A stretch of DNA of 64,000 bases, from NCBI GenBank assembly GCA_024650005.2, contig CP122380.1, forward strand, positions 640,001-704,000, given 5' to 3'. Below, one piece after another: positions 1 to 7,652 of the stretch. The translations under genes were made by a program, and so were the position numbers. The first letter of the stretch is position 1. The number at the start of each line of letters is the position of its first letter. Source of the DNA: Candidatus Bathyarchaeum tardum (lineage in GTDB: Archaea; Thermoproteota; Bathyarchaeia; Bathyarchaeales; Bathyarchaeaceae). The notes below the pieces were generated by a model. It saw nothing but the letters and a program-made list of their open reading frames with translations, did not search any database and was not told the origin of the DNA.

Positions 1-2
1 TT

Positions 3-677
3 GGCAGCAGAGACCTTCAGTATCTTCGTAAGGGCCTGAAGTTAGTTGATGTGAAACTCGGTTACGTGCTGCAGAACATTGAGCTGCTCAATTACGTTAT
101 AACTTTGGGTTCTATGAGTCTAGAGGTTTGGTATGAAAAAGGTGCTAACATTGTTTCTTTGTTGCATAAAGGCTGCCGGATGGACCGAGCTGAGGTTAAA
201 TGTTCAGTTGAAGACGTCGTGAAAGCAGATGTCACTCTAATGGGACAGAATCAGGTTCCAGGAGCTGCGAAGATTGGTTCTACTTACACGCCTTGGTCGG
301 ATACTCCAGTTGCCTTCTATGACAGTTACGTGAAGAAACAAACGACTACATTAGAGCGGGTTACTGATTGGAAGTTTGTTATTGAAAATCACCTAAAACG
401 TGTGCCTGTAATCCGAAACACAAACGGGAATTTGCTCAAGTTTCTGCAGCAAAGACAAAGAAGCCTTTCTGGTGAATTGACTTTTGAGTTTGAAACTAAA
501 GAGGAATATGACGACGTTGTAAATGATACTGCTTTCACCCTTGAAATTGGGTTAGGCAGTACCAACAAAGCTGTTTTTACTGATTGTAAATGGGACAACA
601 TTTCGTCACCCACTCGGATTGAAGACCTCGTTTCGTTGAAGGCTCCCTTCACTGCAAAAGGAGTTACGATAACCTGA
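3..677 (+). CDS. Phage tail tube protein (5'-truncated by window)
   Basis: The frame is open from base 3 (GSRDLQYLRKG...), so the GTG at 51 is internal. Beta-rich pattern (WKFVIENHL, LSGELTFEFE, LVSLKAPF) is typical of tail tube proteins, and it sits upstream of TAC/TMP-like genes. Confidence 0.65.
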   Translation, partial: GSRDLQYLRKGLKLVDVKLGYVLQNIELLNYVITLGSMSLEVWYEKGANIVSLLHKGCRMDRAEVKCSVEDVVKADVTLMGQNQVPGAAKIGSTYTPWSDTPVAFYDSYVKKQTTTLERVTDWKFVIENHLKRVPVIRNTNGNLLKFLQQRQRSLSGELTFEFETKEEYDDVVNDTAFTLEIGLGSTNKAVFTDCKWDNISSPTRIEDLVSLKAPFTAKGVTIT

Positions 678-678
678 G

Positions 679-1128
679 GTGCGAAAATTGAGTAAGGCTA
701 GAATAATTCTTGTAACTGTTTTCCTTTCGGGCATTCTTTTAGGATCCATTGTTTATGCAGCTTACCAGCACTTTCAGCCTATTCGTAATGTTGGAACTGT
801 CCGGGTTATTGGGGTTGACGTTTTCGCGGATGCAGAATTAACTTCTCGTTTAACTGAAATTCCTTGGGGTGTTATGAGCCCGGATGAATCTCGAAATGTT
901 ACAGTTTGGATACAAAACACCGGTAACTATGCTCAGAAGTTGGTTATGTGGACTGAAAGCTGGAATCCGACTAGTGCTTTTGACTTCATCAGTTTGACTT
1001 GGGATTATGACGATTCATGGATTCCTGTAAACGATGCAATTCTGGTTGTATTCACGCTTTCACTTGATGCTGACATAACTGGAGTAACTAACTTCAGTTT
1101 TGAACTTTGGGTTAAGGGGGTGCATTAG
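679..1128 (+). CDS. Membrane-anchored/secreted beta-sandwich protein inside the tail module
   Basis: N-terminal hydrophobic helix (IILVTVFLSGILLGSIVYAAY) followed by Ig-like strands (VTVWIQNTGN, FSFELWVKG). Confidence 0.6.
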   Translation: MRKLSKARIILVTVFLSGILLGSIVYAAYQHFQPIRNVGTVRVIGVDVFADAELTSRLTEIPWGVMSPDESRNVTVWIQNTGNYAQKLVMWTESWNPTSAFDFISLTWDYDDSWIPVNDAILVVFTLSLDADITGVTNFSFELWVKGVH

Positions 1129-1130
1129 TC

Positions 1131-1274
1131 ATGGATGAATTAACTCGTAGGTTACGTGCATTGCCGGAGACCGTTCAAAAACTCATCGCAGCGGACATGA
1201 AAACTGCACTTACAAATAGAATCACAGTCATGGAGAGGATTTGCAATAAAACAAAAAAAAGTTCAGGTAACTGA
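1131..1274 (+). CDS. Small hypothetical viral protein (47 aa, below ORF-track cut-off)
   Basis: ATG 2 nt after the previous stop; reads MDELTRRLRALPETVQKLIAADMKTALTNRITVMERIC...; fills the operon gap. Confidence 0.55.
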   Translation: MDELTRRLRALPETVQKLIAADMKTALTNRITVMERICNKTKKSSGN

Positions 1275-1578
1275 AAACTTTGGAAAAGAGTTCGTTGGAG
1301 AATACGTCTTCCAAGAAATTAACTGGGCTAAACGCAGTCGAATAATCCAGAAGTACACAAAATACCATCCTACAACGGGTCAAGTGGTTAGCAGCGATTA
1401 CGTTTCGATTCAAGCAGAGACTATTTGGGCTAGTTTGAAGGTGCAGCCTGAAAGTAAACCGATTACTCTGGAGAAGTTGCTCGGAGACGTTGACGGATTC
1501 CCTATTGCTCTTGGTGAATTTTTCAGCAAATTAACGAACAGTCTTAATGGAATCAGTAAAGCAGAAACAAAAAACTGA
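1246..1578 (+). CDS. Tail assembly chaperone (gpG-like), probable ATA start
   Basis: The frame of ORF 1384..1578 is open upstream to 1201. GGAGAGG at 1232-1238 precedes ATA at 1246. The gene ends in the slippery A AAA AAC TGA. Confidence 0.6.
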   Translation: MKQKKVQVTENFGKEFVGEYVFQEINWAKRSRIIQKYTKYHPTTGQVVSSDYVSIQAETIWASLKVQPESKPITLEKLLGDVDGFPIALGEFFSKLTNSLNGISKAETKN

Positions 1579-1611
1579 TTCGGGCGATGAGACGTGAAAA
1601 GCCTCATCCGA
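1569..1611 (+). promoter_or_regulatory. Candidate programmed -1 ribosomal frameshift signal
   Basis: X XXY YYZ heptamer A AAA AAC (1569-1575) directly before the stop. Downstream stem: TCGG/CCGA and ATGAG/CTCAT (1580-1611). Confidence 0.65.
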
Positions 1612-1766
1612 TCCTTACAGAGTTTCGGCTGTGTAAAGAGTTTGGTTGGACCCCGAAGGAACTTGCACGTCAGCCTGCTAAGACAGTTCAAGCGTTTGTA
1701 GTTATCATGAACGAAATTGATGCTCAAACTCAAAAAGAAATTGAAAAATCCAAAAAGAAGGCCTAA
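1569..1766 (+). CDS. -1 frame extension of tail assembly chaperone (gpT-like part of gpGT)
   Basis: -1 frame is open from the heptamer: KKLIRAMRREKPHPILTEFRLCKEFGWTPKELARQP...KKKA*. It ends 3 nt before the next ATG (1770). LCKEFGWTP resembles gpT-type motifs. Confidence 0.6.
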   Translation, partial: KKLIRAMRREKPHPILTEFRLCKEFGWTPKELARQPAKTVQAFVVIMNEIDAQTQKEIEKSKKKA

Positions 1767-1769
1767 AAA

Positions 1770-2138
1770 ATGTCAGTCGACGTGGACATACAAGTAAAAG
1801 GGGTTTCTGAACTACAACAGAAACTAGGTCTGTTAGGCGTCACTCTGGAAACTAAAGTTCATGACGAACTGCAGCTCGAAGCACCCATCATGAAGAATAT
1901 TGCACGTGCAAAGGCTCCAGTTGTTACTGGACGATTACGAGACAGCATTTATGCACACGTCGAAGGGCTGATCTTGAAATTAGGTGCAACTGCTCCTTAT
2001 GCGGTTTTTCAGGAATTGGGAACGCGATACATCAAGCCTAAGGCGTTTCTGCAATCTGCAGTTTTTGAACGTATAGAACACTTAGTCAATCGAATTAGTC
2101 GTGCAATTGGGGACGCGATTAAGGAGGTTTCCCGTTGA
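1770..2138 (+). CDS. HK97 gp10-like tail completion/neck protein
   Basis: APVVTGRLRDSI, YAVFQELGT and PKAFL motifs characteristic of the HK97-gp10 family. Confidence 0.85.
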   Translation: MSVDVDIQVKGVSELQQKLGLLGVTLETKVHDELQLEAPIMKNIARAKAPVVTGRLRDSIYAHVEGLILKLGATAPYAVFQELGTRYIKPKAFLQSAVFERIEHLVNRISRAIGDAIKEVSR

Positions 2139-2752
2139 GTTTTCAGGATTTAGTCATAGCGATTAACGTTGAGAATAATTCTCAGGTTCAGTTTAATCAG
2201 GTTGCAGTTCAAGCAGCTAATATGAGTACTGAAGTTGTGGGAGCAACTGAAAGTGTTAGCGTGGGTTTTCAGCAAGCAGGTGCTGAAGCTGAAGCTATGG
2301 CAGATAAAGTCAAGCTTTCAGGGGATTCCGTTAAGGAAATGTCCCGAGATTTTACTACTTTGGGCGTTGGAATTTCTTCTATTGGGCGTCTTGGTGAAAC
2401 ATTTGGACTTCTAAATCAAGAACAAGCTGAATGTGTTCTTACCATGGGGTTGTCCTTGTCGGCTATTGCTGGAGTTGTTAGGGCGGTTCAGATTTTTAAT
2501 TCTGCAACAAGTGTGGCCACTGCAGTTCAAAACGCCTTGAACATCAGTTACGGTACTTTCTTGGCGTTAACTGGTGTAGGTATTGCCGTTATTGTGGCTG
2601 CTGCTGCAGCTATGACCTATTTTGCTTCTCAAATGAATTCTGCAACTGCTAGTGTGAAAAACTACAACACTGCTACTTCTGACATGACGTCGAGTTCTCG
2701 AAATATTCGCAGAGCTGGAGAAGACGATCTGCGACGGAGGGGAATAGAATAA
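2135..2752 (+). CDS. Short tape-measure-like protein (205 aa)
   Basis: Ala/Gly-rich helical protein with hydrophobic segments (LALTGVGIAVIVAAAAAM), lying after TAC and before the hub gene. TTGA overlap with the previous gene. Confidence 0.55.
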   Translation: MSFQDLVIAINVENNSQVQFNQVAVQAANMSTEVVGATESVSVGFQQAGAEAEAMADKVKLSGDSVKEMSRDFTTLGVGISSIGRLGETFGLLNQEQAECVLTMGLSLSAIAGVVRAVQIFNSATSVATAVQNALNISYGTFLALTGVGIAVIVAAAAAMTYFASQMNSATASVKNYNTATSDMTSSSRNIRRAGEDDLRRRGIE

Positions 2753-5232
2753 GCGTTGAAATTCCTGTTGCTGCAGTTGTTTTTGGTGCTGTTTCTCCGC
2801 TTCAGGGTGACATCTTGGATTTGAAAGTTCATTTGGGTTGCACAAAAGAGGTAAGCAGCTTTGAGTGTCTCCTGCAGAATTTTGACCAAAAATACAGTCC
2901 GGGTGGAATTTACCCGATTAACGTTGGGGACAATGGAAGCATAAGTCTTGGCAGGGGTGCAAATTGTCCACTTATTATGACTCTTCGTGTGGAGGAAATT
3001 GAACCCACATCTTCGGCAGTTGAAAACTACATTAAAGTTAAAGGAAGGTGCTGGGGTGAACGCATCTTTCGTAGAGTTGTTACTAAAGAATACGAGAACC
3101 AAAAGGGTGAAGCTATCGTCAAGGATTTGCTTGACTATTACATTGGGTTAAGTCATGAAAGGGCATCTGTTGAGTTGGTTGAAGATACTGATACGACTTA
3201 TACCCTTCTGGATTACGAAAACTCCCCTGTTTTTGATATCCTCAAATATGTTGCAGGGAGTTCAGACTTAAGCGGTGTAATTGAATACGATTTTAGAGTA
3301 GAACCTGATGGTAAATTCGCTTTTTTCCCAAAAAACAGCAAAACTTGTTCTGTGGACCTTACCGACAAAATTGAATCAAGCGTTTACAATAAGGATATTC
3401 ATCGTGTTCGGAATCGCATAATCATTTATGGTGCAGCTGAAAAGGCTACTCCTCTGGACAAAGACGCTAACACTGAAGACCTAACACAGAACGGGGCTTA
3501 TGTTGATGCTCCCGACGGTCAATGGATGACAGGAAACGGGGCTGGAAGCGTTTCTGTTGGAACTGATGAATTTATTGTTGGTTCTAAAGCCCTTAAGCAT
3601 ACTACAGGAAGCCCAGATTACTATGGTTGTGCAGTATTCACCTACACGGCAGGAAAAGAAGTAGATTCTAACGAGTTTCCAAGTCTTAGTTTTCAAATAA
3701 TGCTCGAAGAGGACAAGAATTTTCAGGGCGCCATCACGATGGTGCTTTATGATTCTGTGGCCTCGAAAGTTTACAAGCAATTTTCTGTTACTCCGGGTGA
3801 TTTTTGTTTAGAGTCTTTTGCTGCAGGTAAGAAGAACACTGATCAATGGACACATGATAAAACGAATTCAACGCCTTTTGATTGGAGTAGCATAAAGAAT
3901 ATCCTGTTTTATGTTGACTTTTCAGGTTCGGGCGGAGTTGGAACTGGAAGTTTCTGGATAGATAATTTGTTCTGGAATCATTGCAGATGGAAAGCAGTAC
4001 GTCCTTTGAGTGGTGAAGAACCAACTGCTAGTCAAACCGCTTATGGGCTTCGGGAACTGGTAGAGGTTGACGAAGAGTTACATAGTGACAATGAATGCGA
4101 TTTACGAGCAAAGGCCTTGCTTGCTCATCTTGAAGATTGTGCAGAACTGTTGACGATAACCAGCACCATGATTGATTACGGTAATACTCCTATTTTGGCT
4201 GGAGATAAAATCCATGTTACTTTACCGAATGAAAACGTTGATTCTGACTTTCGCATTATTTCTGTTGAATATCACGTAGTTGCTGAAACTCAGACTTTAG
4301 AAATTACACTGGAACTAGGGAAGCAAAAGCCCCTTTTGGCTGATTACTTGTACGGGCTTCGTTCAACGACAATTACTGCAGAAAAATTGATGCGAACAAA
4401 GTCGGGCCTTCGAAGTATTGTAAGCGGTAGTGGTGGCGGTGGTAGCAGTGGAGAACTCCCTGATTGGTTAGCCCCTGCGAATATTGGACCAAAAAGCGAT
4501 GCAGCAGCAATTATGAATTTTAGAACAAAAAACATTGCAGGGGATTCCGTAGTTGACCATCAGTTTAACCCGTCGGACGATCTGCATGGAGTGTTAGGGG
4601 TTCAATCAAAGCGTTGGCTGGAATCTCATTTGGGCTACTTGTTTGTTAGTGGGTATGCTCGGTTAGCTCAGTTGAACCTAGGCAGTTACGGAGGCGACCA
4701 AATCGTAATTACGCCTGCTCGTGTTTTGCAAAATGTTACTGCAGATGTCGGCATAATCACAAGCGGTCAGTTTAGTTTGGCTCGCATGCCCAGGAGTACT
4801 TCAGGTTATGTTCTTGAAGCTCAAGGTGCAGCAGCTGATCCTATGTTTGTTAATCCTAATGGACGTTACACTCCAGCAGGGCACAATCATGCAGCAGGTA
4901 ACATAACCTCTGGCGTTCTTGATGAAGCTCGATGTCCTAACGTTTACTCGAATCCTGTAACTTTCAATGGTGGCATAGTTACGAATAGCGTTAATTGTGC
5001 AAACTGGCAAGCTGCAGACATTCTTTTTGAGAACTTTTTCCGAATCACTGAAGCTGAGAAATTGGGGCTCGGTAAGGGCTTGGCCTTTCTGAGTGATAAA
5101 GACCAGATTTTGATGCTTCTTGATGGCAACGGCAACGTGAAGGTTGCTGGCAAAATTGAACATGAACAAAAACTAAAAAAGGTGAAAAAAAGCTGTCCGA
5201 AAAATCATTCAAAGAAATGCTCGAAAAAGTGA
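2749..5232 (+). CDS. Tail hub/baseplate protein with central carbohydrate-binding-like insert and fibre-type repeats; probable ATA start
   Basis: Frame open from ATA at 2749 (overlapping the previous TAA). Hub-like N-terminus (YDFRVEPDGKFAFFP, RVRNRIIIYG), CBM-like GSFWIDNL, and repeats IITSGQFSLARMP / NITSGVLDEARCP. Confidence 0.7.
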   Translation: MSVEIPVAAVVFGAVSPLQGDILDLKVHLGCTKEVSSFECLLQNFDQKYSPGGIYPINVGDNGSISLGRGANCPLIMTLRVEEIEPTSSAVENYIKVKGRCWGERIFRRVVTKEYENQKGEAIVKDLLDYYIGLSHERASVELVEDTDTTYTLLDYENSPVFDILKYVAGSSDLSGVIEYDFRVEPDGKFAFFPKNSKTCSVDLTDKIESSVYNKDIHRVRNRIIIYGAAEKATPLDKDANTEDLTQNGAYVDAPDGQWMTGNGAGSVSVGTDEFIVGSKALKHTTGSPDYYGCAVFTYTAGKEVDSNEFPSLSFQIMLEEDKNFQGAITMVLYDSVASKVYKQFSVTPGDFCLESFAAGKKNTDQWTHDKTNSTPFDWSSIKNILFYVDFSGSGGVGTGSFWIDNLFWNHCRWKAVRPLSGEEPTASQTAYGLRELVEVDEELHSDNECDLRAKALLAHLEDCAELLTITSTMIDYGNTPILAGDKIHVTLPNENVDSDFRIISVEYHVVAETQTLEITLELGKQKPLLADYLYGLRSTTITAEKLMRTKSGLRSIVSGSGGGGSSGELPDWLAPANIGPKSDAAAIMNFRTKNIAGDSVVDHQFNPSDDLHGVLGVQSKRWLESHLGYLFVSGYARLAQLNLGSYGGDQIVITPARVLQNVTADVGIITSGQFSLARMPRSTSGYVLEAQGAAADPMFVNPNGRYTPAGHNHAAGNITSGVLDEARCPNVYSNPVTFNGGIVTNSVNCANWQAADILFENFFRITEAEKLGLGKGLAFLSDKDQILMLLDGNGNVKVAGKIEHEQKLKKVKKSCPKNHSKKCSKK

Positions 5233-5594
5233 AAGTTGGCGACCTAACTTGTGTCGAATGGTGCGATGCAAGTGTCGGCAAAAGCAGTGGATCAGGAAGC
5301 ATTATAGATATTCCAGTGAAAAGCTGGGGTGTTTATGTTGGTATGTTTGGAAGCCGAACTAAACATATTGTTTTGGCACAAAACAGTTTCCAGTATTCTG
5401 ATGGGCTTTTTGATTTAGATTACACTGCGATTCCTGCAAGCTGGGCAATTGACCTTTCAGTAATTGAAAAAGCGCATATTCCTGACTCAATTGCAAAAAA
5501 ATTAGTTAACAGTTTCTTGCTTGGCGGTCAGCGAACCTTCAAGCATCAAAGGACTTTTCAGCGGAGGTTAAACGCTCATGAAAGATTGGGTTAA
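5217..5594 (+). CDS. Hypothetical viral protein
   Basis: Overlapping operon gene with a small beta-barrel-like pattern (GDLTCVEWCDA...). Confidence 0.65.
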   Translation: MLEKVKVGDLTCVEWCDASVGKSSGSGSIIDIPVKSWGVYVGMFGSRTKHIVLAQNSFQYSDGLFDLDYTAIPASWAIDLSVIEKAHIPDSIAKKLVNSFLLGGQRTFKHQRTFQRRLNAHERLG

Positions 5595-5820
5595 ACGAGC
5601 CTTAGCCCGTAAGCGCATTCAACGAGGTAAAATAGTTGTTGAAGAACCAAACGATAAACTAGTTTGGGGCGTAAAGTTCGCAATTGGAATGACTCTGTGC
5701 CTTTCAGGGTTGCAGATTGCTCACTTAGTTGTTTTGGGAACTTGGAATAACGAGATTTTTTCAACAATTACCGGGTTAATTGGAACGATTTCAGGAGTTC
5801 TGATAGGTAGTCATGCCTAG
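5578..5820 (+). CDS. Small two-TM membrane protein (holin-like candidate)
   Basis: 80 aa, basic N-terminus, two hydrophobic helices, located after the tail genes. Confidence 0.5.
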   Translation: MKDWVKRALARKRIQRGKIVVEEPNDKLVWGVKFAIGMTLCLSGLQIAHLVVLGTWNNEIFSTITGLIGTISGVLIGSHA

Positions 5821-6226
5821 ATGGTCAAAAGCTGATATCACAACTTTGCATGAACTAGTAGCTGCTGGAGAAAATTGTGAAAATATTGCAGTTACATTAA
5901 AGCGTGGTGTTAATGCAGTGAAGATGAAAGCCAAAAGAGAGGGCTTAAATGTTGTTGTTGGGGGGGTAGGGGGGTCAACAACAACAAATGACCTTCCTGA
6001 AGGGCTGCCTAGTGTTGAAGATGTTTTGAAAGTTCTTGCTAAGGTGATTAAGGCTCTTGATGAACCTGGGCTAGGAATGGCTGAGGTCCAAAGGCTTCAG
6101 GCGATGATTACTGGAATTAGGACCTACAAGAGTTTGCTTGCTGATTACGTGAATTACCGGGAGATTGAAAAGAAGCTTTTAGAGTTGGACGCCAAATATG
6201 CCAAGCTCATCGGACAAAAAAGCTAG
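5813..6226 (+). CDS. Putative terminase small subunit
   Basis: N-terminal Myb/HTH-like segment (RWSKADITTL...IAVTLKRGVNAV) plus helical C-terminus, immediately upstream of and overlapping TerL. Confidence 0.55.
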   Translation: MPRWSKADITTLHELVAAGENCENIAVTLKRGVNAVKMKAKREGLNVVVGGVGGSTTTNDLPEGLPSVEDVLKVLAKVIKALDEPGLGMAEVQRLQAMITGIRTYKSLLADYVNYREIEKKLLELDAKYAKLIGQKS

Positions 6227-7652
6227 GGCTCTGAGGCCTGACAGGGTTATTCCTACTTGGGATAGGCTGCAACAAAGCAGTAAGGTTGTTGATGAAAGGG
6301 AACATCAAAAGGCAAAGGAAGTTGCCAAGGACTATGTTGAGTTTGACAGGAAGTACTTACAGTTTGAACCGTTTGATTATCAAAAAGAATTGATTTCTCT
6401 GTATGAACAGTTTCAGTTCATTGCAGCCCGTTGGTGCAGGCAGTCGGGTAAAAGTTGGATTGCTTCGGGGTTATTTCTGAATGATGCTATTTTGAATGAC
6501 GATTTTTATTTGGCTGTTGTGGGTCCGTCGTGGCGTCAAACTAAGTTGAATATTCGGCGCATATCGATGTTTGAACGTCGATTGCCTAAAAACATGTACT
6601 TGAAGCCCCAGAAAACAAAACTGGAGTTTCCAAATGGTAGCGTAATTGAGGCTTTTCCGAACAATGCAGATACTATTCGGGGTCACACTTTAGATCGTAT
6701 TTGGTGGGATGAGGTCAATTTTACTGCTAATGATGTTGATTTGATGGATGCAATCCTGTTTGCGTTAGGGACTACTAACGGTAAACTCCTTGCAACGAGC
6801 ACCCCATTCAATAGTGATAGTTTGTTTTGGAAGATGTGTAATCACAAGCATTATACTGATTTTGCTCGTCATCATGTTCCTTATCAGAGGGTCATAGCGC
6901 CTAACGGTCCTTGGAGTCCGTCTTTTCTGGAGAAAATCAAACGTCAGTTTGGGGAGGATCCGATGCGTTGGCGTCGGGAGATGGAGGCAGAATGGGCTGA
7001 GGACGAAGATACTTGGCTGAGTCAATCTTTGATTACGAAATGCATTGGCACAACCAAGTCCTGTGGCGAGGATCTGGAGTTGTATCAGATGGACATTGAC
7101 AGTTCCTATGACGGCAATTTCTATGCGGGACTGGATTTTGCAAAACACCAGGACTATTCAGCCTTTGCATTAATCGAGGAGATAAACAAGAAGTATTTCT
7201 TGAGGTATCTGAAGATTTGGCCTCACGAGCTACCGTATGCTAGTGTTATCGGCTGGGTCAAAGTTATTCAGGACAGGGTTGGCGAGTTTCGTTGTTTGCG
7301 TGCTGACAAGACTGGAGTAGGAGATTACATCGTTGAGGATATGACAAACGCGGACATTCTGAACATTGAAGGCGTAAACTTCACTTTGCCAAGGAAACAA
7401 GAAATGGCTAGCCTCTTGAAACAAAGGATGGTAAACAAGCGCTTCTTTTTTCCATACTTTACTTGGGAAAAACCATACAGGGGTAACTATGTTGCGGAAT
7501 TGAATGTAGAACGGTTTGAGCTCCGCAAAGATGGCAACATTAGTTTTAGTCATCCCCAGGGTACGCACGACGATGTTTTCTGGGCTACTGCGTTAGCATT
7601 GTATGCAACTGTTGAGATGTCTGAAGAACCTGAATTGGTGGTGGCGTATTGA
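6198..7652 (+). CDS. terL: Terminase large subunit
   Basis: Walker A RQSGKS, IRG..LD.IWWDE Walker B, STP coupling motif, RNase H-like GLDFAKHQD and HDDVF. Confidence 0.93.
   Translation: MPSSSDKKARALRPDRVIPTWDRLQQSSKVVDEREHQKAKEVAKDYVEFDRKYLQFEPFDYQKELISLYEQFQFIAARWCRQSGKSWIASGLFLNDAILNDDFYLAVVGPSWRQTKLNIRRISMFERRLPKNMYLKPQKTKLEFPNGSVIEAFPNNADTIRGHTLDRIWWDEVNFTANDVDLMDAILFALGTTNGKLLATSTPFNSDSLFWKMCNHKHYTDFARHHVPYQRVIAPNGPWSPSFLEKIKRQFGEDPMRWRREMEAEWAEDEDTWLSQSLITKCIGTTKSCGEDLELYQMDIDSSYDGNFYAGLDFAKHQDYSAFALIEEINKKYFLRYLKIWPHELPYASVIGWVKVIQDRVGEFRCLRADKTGVGDYIVEDMTNADILNIEGVNFTLPRKQEMASLLKQRMVNKRFFFPYFTWEKPYRGNYVAELNVERFELRKDGNISFSHPQGTHDDVFWATALALYATVEMSEEPELVVAY

Noticed and set aside
1384-1578. 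ORF-track start at GTG 1384
   Set aside because: The frame is open and coding-like for 46 codons upstream and would otherwise leave an unexplained operon gap.
2749-5232. Diversity-generating retroelement targeting the tail protein
   Set aside because: No reverse transcriptase and no template/variable repeat pair visible in the window.
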